Below, piece after piece: positions 59,164 through 64,000 of a stretch of 64,000 nucleotides of DNA. Both the position numbers and the translations under genes were made by a program. The notes below the pieces were generated by a model that saw only the letters and a program-made list of their open reading frames with translations, was not told the origin of the DNA and made no database searches. Location of the stretch: NCBI GenBank assembly GCA_964291395.2, contig OZ219856.1, positions 1,984,001-2,048,000 on the forward strand, given 5' to 3'. Each line of letters begins with the position of its first letter. Positions within the stretch are counted from its first letter, which is position 1. The DNA comes from Alphaproteobacteria bacterium (GTDB taxonomy: Bacteria > Pseudomonadota > Alphaproteobacteria > UBA2966).

Positions 59164-59502
59164 ATGGATGTTGCGACGGAACGGAAGAACGACGTCTTAT
59201 CGGTCCTGGTGAGCGGACGCATCGACGGCACCAACGTCATGCAATTCGAAGAGACGGTCAGAACCGTGATCGAGGAGAACGACCACGCCGTGGTCATGGA
59301 CCTTGAGCGACTTTCCTACATCAGCAGTGCGGGCCTTCGCATCCTTCTCCTGATCGCCAAGAGCCTCATGGGCCGGGATGCCAAGCTGGTGCTCTGCGCC
59401 ATGTCGGATCAGATGCGCCAGGTCTTCGAGACAGGCGGTTTCGACAAAATCATCCCAATCCACCCGTCCAGGGCCGAGGCGCTTTCTTCCTTCGGTGCCT
59501 GA
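59164..59502 (+). CDS. STAS domain protein (anti-sigma factor antagonist, RsbV/SpoIIAA-like)
   Basis: SGRID, MDLERLSYISSAGLRILL with the phosphorylatable Ser, VFETGGF. Confidence 0.92.
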   Translation: MDVATERKNDVLSVLVSGRIDGTNVMQFEETVRTVIEENDHAVVMDLERLSYISSAGLRILLLIAKSLMGRDAKLVLCAMSDQMRQVFETGGFDKIIPIHPSRAEALSSFGA

Positions 59503-60095
59503 GAGCGACCTCGGAGCGCTGCGACCGCGTCCACTGCCGCGCGAGAGCAGGCGCAGGCCTTCCCGTAATCCCGCGCAGATTTCTGCGACGGTTTTCCAGC
59601 GGTTTCCGCTGGTCTTACCGGGCACTTCGGTACGTGCAAGAAAAGCGACACGACCGTTTCTGTCTAAAAGTGGGAACACACGAATTTTTCATGTAACGGC
59701 CTCTCTCGTCGAGCTCGTGGCGGATTGCCGGGCCATAAACTCACCGAGAAGCGGCTGGTGGACCGGCACCGTCCGACACGTGTTACACACCAAGGGAGCC
59801 GATGCCCTGCGCCTGCTCACCCGCAGCGAACGTGAAACAGAATGGCAAATAGTGTTTCGCGACGTGCCACGAAGAAATCCCCGTGGGCAAGTCAACGACC
59901 CACCTATTCAACCATCAGCAGGTTGACGATACCGAAGAAGGCCAACGTGACAACCGCCCCGCGATGCGCAGGCTCCGGCTTTCACACGAGGTATTGTTCG
60001 GCGACCAGCGTCGACCCCACCGGGTCGATTAAAATCAAACGATCCCGCGCTGATCACCATCCAAACCACGCACCGATCAACCACCAGGAAGCGAG

Positions 60096-60704
60096 GTGAA
60101 CAAGATGTCTTCACGAAAAAGAATCGCCGCGGCGTTGTCCCTCGCCGTAGGGATGCTGTTCCCGACCTGCGTCGTCGCCACCGAGGAGAGCGGCAGTTTC
60201 AGCATGGTCCGGGTCCAGGTCCAGGACTACACTGCCTTTGATCACGCCGGGGGGTCGGTCTTCGGAGGCGCCCTCGAAGGTACCAGCACCATTCTCGAGA
60301 GCAGCGGCGGACCGTTCGTGGAAGACGAGCACAGCGTCTCGACGTGCGTGGCCTATGGAAAGAGAGGGCCTGCCGGCATGGATCTAGAGGTACCCTGCGC
60401 GACGACGGATGCCTCGGGAGACAGGTTGGACTCGCTCTCCAAGAGAGTTGCAGGCGGTGTCGAAGCGGGTGGTGGTGGCGAAGGCCGTATGGAGCTTCTG
60501 GGAGGTACCGGCAAATATGCCGGCATCACCGGCAGTTGCAGCTATGAGGTCGGATACCCGGCAGGCAAGTGGCTCGTCCTGATGGCCGACTGCATCTGGC
60601 GCAGGCAACAAAAAGGCAGGCACCCAGAACCAAGCGACAAGCTAAAGCCGGTTCCAGCTCTCTTCCGCCTGCTGGCAGGGGGTCTCGCCGCGGCAGGTCT
60701 CTGA
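60096..60704 (+). CDS. Hypothetical secreted beta-rich protein
   Basis: Signal peptide; paired Cys; LLGGTGKYAGITG motif; C-terminal extension may be an IS-junction artefact. Confidence 0.65.
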   Translation: MNKMSSRKRIAAALSLAVGMLFPTCVVATEESGSFSMVRVQVQDYTAFDHAGGSVFGGALEGTSTILESSGGPFVEDEHSVSTCVAYGKRGPAGMDLEVPCATTDASGDRLDSLSKRVAGGVEAGGGGEGRMELLGGTGKYAGITGSCSYEVGYPAGKWLVLMADCIWRRQQKGRHPEPSDKLKPVPALFRLLAGGLAAAGL

Positions 60705-60787
60705 CCGCTGGACCAGGACGGCGCGCCGGCAGGCCGAACGCATCTAACCCGATATCACTGAGGATGGCCCGAAGAGTGGGCTGCCCC

Positions 60788-61030
60788 CGTGGGCTTGCCC
60801 GGTCGGGAGAAGTCCAGCCTCACGCCGCTCATCCAGGCCCCCAGGTCGAGCTCCTTGCTGATGAACTCGGGTCCGTTGTCGACCCGGATGGTCCTGGGCA
60901 TGCCATGGACCCTGGTGACCCGTTCCAGCGTCGTCACCACGTCCGAGCCGCGGTAGCTCTGCCGGACGTCGACTGCCGGCGAAAGCCGGCTGAAGGCGTC
61001 GGCAATCATCAGGATGCGGATGCGCCTGCC
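60788..61030 (-). mobile_element. IS3-family transposase (integrase core) fragment
   Basis: GRRIRILMIADAFSR...PRTIRVDNGPEFISK.LD......GV.LDFSRPGKPT; truncated on both sides. Confidence 0.85.
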
Positions 61031-61482
61031 TCGTGAAGCCCTATCTGACTAGAACCAGGCTTGCACAGCGGCGGATCGAACAGAACCAGTGCCGAGTAAT
61101 GCTTAGTGAACGAAAGAAGCGTCACGAGCGTGGACAGGGAGTGAAAGACGCCGACTGTCGGTTTTCTCCCATAGACACGGTCGTTGGACTCGAGAATGAG
61201 GTCGTGATCGTGAATCAGCGTCGGAACATTGTGATCGCGTTGGGCGCCGACGCTATTCCTGCCGTGGTTCCTGAGGTCCTACACGAATAGATCGAAGTCG
61301 TCCGCGAGCAACGACCAGAACGGAAAATAAAGATCAATCGTGAGGCCGCCGTGGCTCGGTAGGAGCCGGAGGTCGGCGTCCGGATTACCGTGCTACCGCA
61401 CGGTCGTGACCGTCTCTTCGTCGAGGTCGACATCGCTGACCGAAAGAGGTTCCAGAATTTCCCAAACGGCTTCTGTCGTCAT
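61031..61482 (-). pseudogene. Decayed second copy of the supD-like hydrolase
   Basis: Colinear with 55826-56275 (e.g. TTGCACAGCGGCGGATCGAACAGAA is shared); in-frame TAG stops at about 61393 and 61279; 3' part replaced by the IS3 fragment. Confidence 0.85.
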
Positions 61483-61502
61483 GGCGAAAGACCCGGCTCT
61501 CC

Positions 61503-61579
61503 TTATCGAAATCCGGTTCATGATCCAGGTCGAGGTTTTCGTTGATAATCTTCCTGAGACGGTCTTCCGCCGATGACAT
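61503..61579 (-). pseudogene. Truncated second copy of the supB-like ACP
   Basis: MSSAEDRLRKIINENLDLDHEPDFD versus MASTKERISKIIADNFDLDHEPDFN; deleted before the serine motif and joined to the supD-copy leader. Confidence 0.8.
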
Positions 61580-61753
61580 GTGGATACTCCCATGACGTTT
61601 GAGTTCGGATCCCGATGGTTTCGCCCAGTCGTTGCAAGGCACGGCCTTTCTCGCCACAAGACTTCCGGCGCGCCGACGCCGGGCACGGTTTGGCAGACCC
61701 CGCCGAAGTAATCGTCCGGGACATATACGGAGGCCCCGGTGAGGGGAACGGCA

Positions 61754-61984
61754 CTAGAAGTCCGCAGCCTTGCGGATGACGTAGGTATAGACGCCGGCTT
61801 CCTCTTCCACCGACACGAGCTCCTGGTCCGTCGTCTCGCAGAACAGCCGAATATCGATGTAGGACGTGGGGTCCGTTGCCTGCACGGTCAGCGTCTCGCC
61901 GATGACGACATCCTTCAACGCCAGCCGTGTTCTGATCAACGGCATGGGACAGTTTAGCCCCTTAGCGTCCAGCGTCGCCCCCAT
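61754..61984 (-). CDS. tusA: Sulfurtransferase TusA/SirA family protein
   Basis: LDAKGLNCPMP, ATDP, DI..FC, YVIRK. Confidence 0.9.
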   Translation of the reverse strand: MGATLDAKGLNCPMPLIRTRLALKDVVIGETLTVQATDPTSYIDIRLFCETTDQELVSVEEEAGVYTYVIRKAADF

Positions 61985-62100
61985 CGCTCGCCCCCGCGCG
62001 ACCAACTAGCGTTTGAAATACCTTGGAGACACTCTCGATAAGATTCGCTCCGCAGTCTAGCGAAACCGCCAAGGCTCGCAAAACGCGGGAAAACGAGCCT

Positions 62101-62481
62101 TCAATGGATGATCATCATGCCGACCGCAAGCAGGATCATGGCGACGGCGAACGTACTGGTCACCCGCTTCAGCCGAAGGCGCTCCCGAGCGACCTCGTCG
62201 AACGTCTTGCCAATGGCCGCCAGACGTTCCTCCTCCGCTCGCAACGCGATCTCCTGCATCTCCCGCGCGTGAGGTCCGGGGTGATAGATGCCGGGATTCA
62301 GGATTTTCTCGGGAACGTCCGAACGCAAACTGGTCCTCCAGTCGGGCGACCAGAGCGCGAGGCAGCCGGCGATGGCGACGCCCAGCCATCCCGCCATCTG
62401 ATAGAGCATCAGAGCAAGACCCACGCAAACGAGTAGCCGCAGGCAGGCGATCGCCGTTGCTTGCTTATCCGTGAGCCACAT
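62101..62481 (-). CDS. Hypothetical membrane protein
   Basis: Two N-terminal hydrophobic helices, a charged coil and a C-terminal TM; start at MWLTDK after GAAGG. Confidence 0.55.
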   Translation of the reverse strand: MWLTDKQATAIACLRLLVCVGLALMLYQMAGWLGVAIAGCLALWSPDWRTSLRSDVPEKILNPGIYHPGPHAREMQEIALRAEEERLAAIGKTFDEVARERLRLKRVTSTFAVAMILLAVGMMIIH

Positions 62482-62578
62482 GGCGCTGCTTCGCCTTCGA
62501 TCATCCCACGTGTGCAGCCAAATTCTATTCCACTTGAAGGGCGCCCACACCTCACATTAACTTTGGAGCGATATCGAC

Positions 62579-63004
62579 ATGGAACAGCGCGTCAGCCTCA
62601 TCTCCCTCGCCGTAGCCGATCTCGATCGGAGCGTCGTGTTTTACGAGAAGCTCGGCTGGACCCGCTCTTTCGAGGCCGCCGAGGGCATCGCCTTCTTCCA
62701 GATCGGCGGACTCGCCTTCTCGCTGTACCCCCGCGACGACATGGCGCGTGACATCGGAATCCCGGCGGACGGTTCCGGCTTTGCGGGCTTCGCGCTCGCC
62801 TACAACACGCGGTCCCAAAACGAGGTCAACGCGGTCCTTCAGGAAGCCGAAGCCGCCGGCGGGCGAATCGTAAGGGCGGCCGCGGACCAGTTCTGGGGCG
62901 GCTACGCGGGGTGTTTCGCGGACCCGGACGGCCACCTCTGGGAAGTCGCCTGGAACCCCCACTTCCCGATTGCCGAAGACGGCAGCGTCATCCTGCCAGC
63001 ATAA
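62579..63004 (+). CDS. VOC/glyoxalase family protein
   Basis: ISLAVADLDRS..FY, LAYN, FWGGY...FADPDGHLWEVAWNP. Confidence 0.92.
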   Translation: MEQRVSLISLAVADLDRSVVFYEKLGWTRSFEAAEGIAFFQIGGLAFSLYPRDDMARDIGIPADGSGFAGFALAYNTRSQNEVNAVLQEAEAAGGRIVRAAADQFWGGYAGCFADPDGHLWEVAWNPHFPIAEDGSVILPA

Positions 63005-63108
63005 GGGAAACGTCACGGATACCCGCCTGTTGAGGCGGATTCGACTCATATCCCCTTCCCCGCTTCAATAGCGTCGGAACGCAATCCACTCACCGGGGAG
63101 GCAACAAG

Positions 63109-63978
63109 GTGAAAATCGGACTCCATTTTCCGCAAGCCGAGATCGGCGCGGACTTCGAGGTTATTCGCGAATTCGTGCAGACGGCCGAGGAACTCGGCTT
63201 CAACCACATCAACGTTCCCGACCACGTCATCCAGACGCGGACGCCGCGCGGGCCAATGCCGCTCGCCACCAACTACACGACCGAGTTCCCTCATCACGAG
63301 ACGATGACCACGCTCGCCTATGTCGCCGGCGTGACGAACACGCTCGGGATCAGCTCGGCCGTCATCATCATGCCCCAGCGGCCCGCGGTGTTGACCGCCA
63401 AGCAGGCCGCACAGATCGACGTGCTGAGCGGCGGGCGCATGCGCCTTGCCATCGGCATCGGCTGGAACGAGCCTGAATACGAGGCTCTCGACATGAACTT
63501 CCGCGACCGCGCGGTGCGCGTCGAGGAACAGATGGAGGTCTGCCGCAAGCTGTGGACCGAGGAGCACGTCACTTACAAGGGCCGGTATCACACCATCACC
63601 GACGCGGGCTTTGCGCCCATGCCAATACAGCGGCCCATCCCCATCTGGATCGGGGCGATCGCGGAGCCCGCCGTGAAGCGCGCCGGTCGGCTCGCGGACG
63701 GCTGGCTGGTCATCGCCATGGACCAGCCCGGCGATTCGACCAAGGCCAAGTTCGACAGCTTCTATGAAGCCGCGCGGGGAGCGGGGCGCGATCCCGCCTC
63801 GCTCGGCATCGAAGCGACGGTCTGGGCCGGCGAGGACGAGGATCCCGAGGAATGGGCCAAGACCGCAAAGGCCTGGATCGACATGGGCGCGACTCAGCTC
63901 CTGTTCCGGCCGCGCGGCCAGTTTCCCGCGATCCAGAAGGCCGTTCAGGCGTTCGCACCGATCATGAAGGACATCTGA
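63109..63978 (+). CDS. Luciferase-like monooxygenase (LLM) class oxidoreductase, putative F420-dependent
   Basis: PDH, HE..TTLAYVAG.T, PQR.A..AKQ.A.ID.LS.GR, GIGWNEPEY, PIWIG, ADGW. Confidence 0.85.
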   Translation: MKIGLHFPQAEIGADFEVIREFVQTAEELGFNHINVPDHVIQTRTPRGPMPLATNYTTEFPHHETMTTLAYVAGVTNTLGISSAVIIMPQRPAVLTAKQAAQIDVLSGGRMRLAIGIGWNEPEYEALDMNFRDRAVRVEEQMEVCRKLWTEEHVTYKGRYHTITDAGFAPMPIQRPIPIWIGAIAEPAVKRAGRLADGWLVIAMDQPGDSTKAKFDSFYEAARGAGRDPASLGIEATVWAGEDEDPEEWAKTAKAWIDMGATQLLFRPRGQFPAIQKAVQAFAPIMKDI

Positions 63979-64000
63979 CGGGCGCGGCTGCGTGACGTCA

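Noticed and set aside
59503-60095. Possible ncRNA or small ORFs in the long spacer after the STAS gene
   Set aside because: No recognisable structure, motif or convincing coding signal.

Overview
High-GC bacterial window. The conserved order tRNA-Glu/recJ/glpX/hom and argC/rpsI/rplM, plus the protein sequences, point to an Alphaproteobacterium (Rhodospirillales-like; inference). It has four parts. (1) 1-12.8 kb: end of an Mrp Na+/H+ antiporter operon, an SDR, and a complete form II (AYRGAGR) cox-like molybdo-hydroxylase cluster with maturation genes. (2) 12.8-27.6 kb: catabolic oxidoreductases (Zn-ADH, two tandem flavin monooxygenases, two Gfo/Idh/MocA enzymes, GST, orphan carboxyltransferase, cupin, class I fumarase), ending in a decayed mini-island at tRNA-Glu. 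(3) 27.6-39.1 kb: housekeeping core. (4) 39.2-61.6 kb: an accessory island built around a ~3450-aa type I PKS with the KS-AT-DH-MT-ER-KR-ACP-KS-AT architecture of sponge-symbiont SupA. It also holds a free ACP, an alpha/beta hydrolase, a Rieske oxygenase, a TPP enzyme and several gene and mobile-element remnants. The most striking candidate new system is in this island. An NCS2 permease is fused to a degenerate RsbW/SpoIIAB-like (anti-sigma HATPase_c) domain and co-occurs with a SulP-STAS transporter, a free STAS protein and the PKS/ACP, which suggests a transporter-anchored partner-switch linked to lipid/polyketide synthesis. Other notable signals are a KR with catalytic Tyr replaced by His, tandem NrdR-like boxes with no nrd gene nearby, and a phased CAGGGA repeat array beside an att-like tRNA end. 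All assignments come from motif recognition by eye; no database searches were run.
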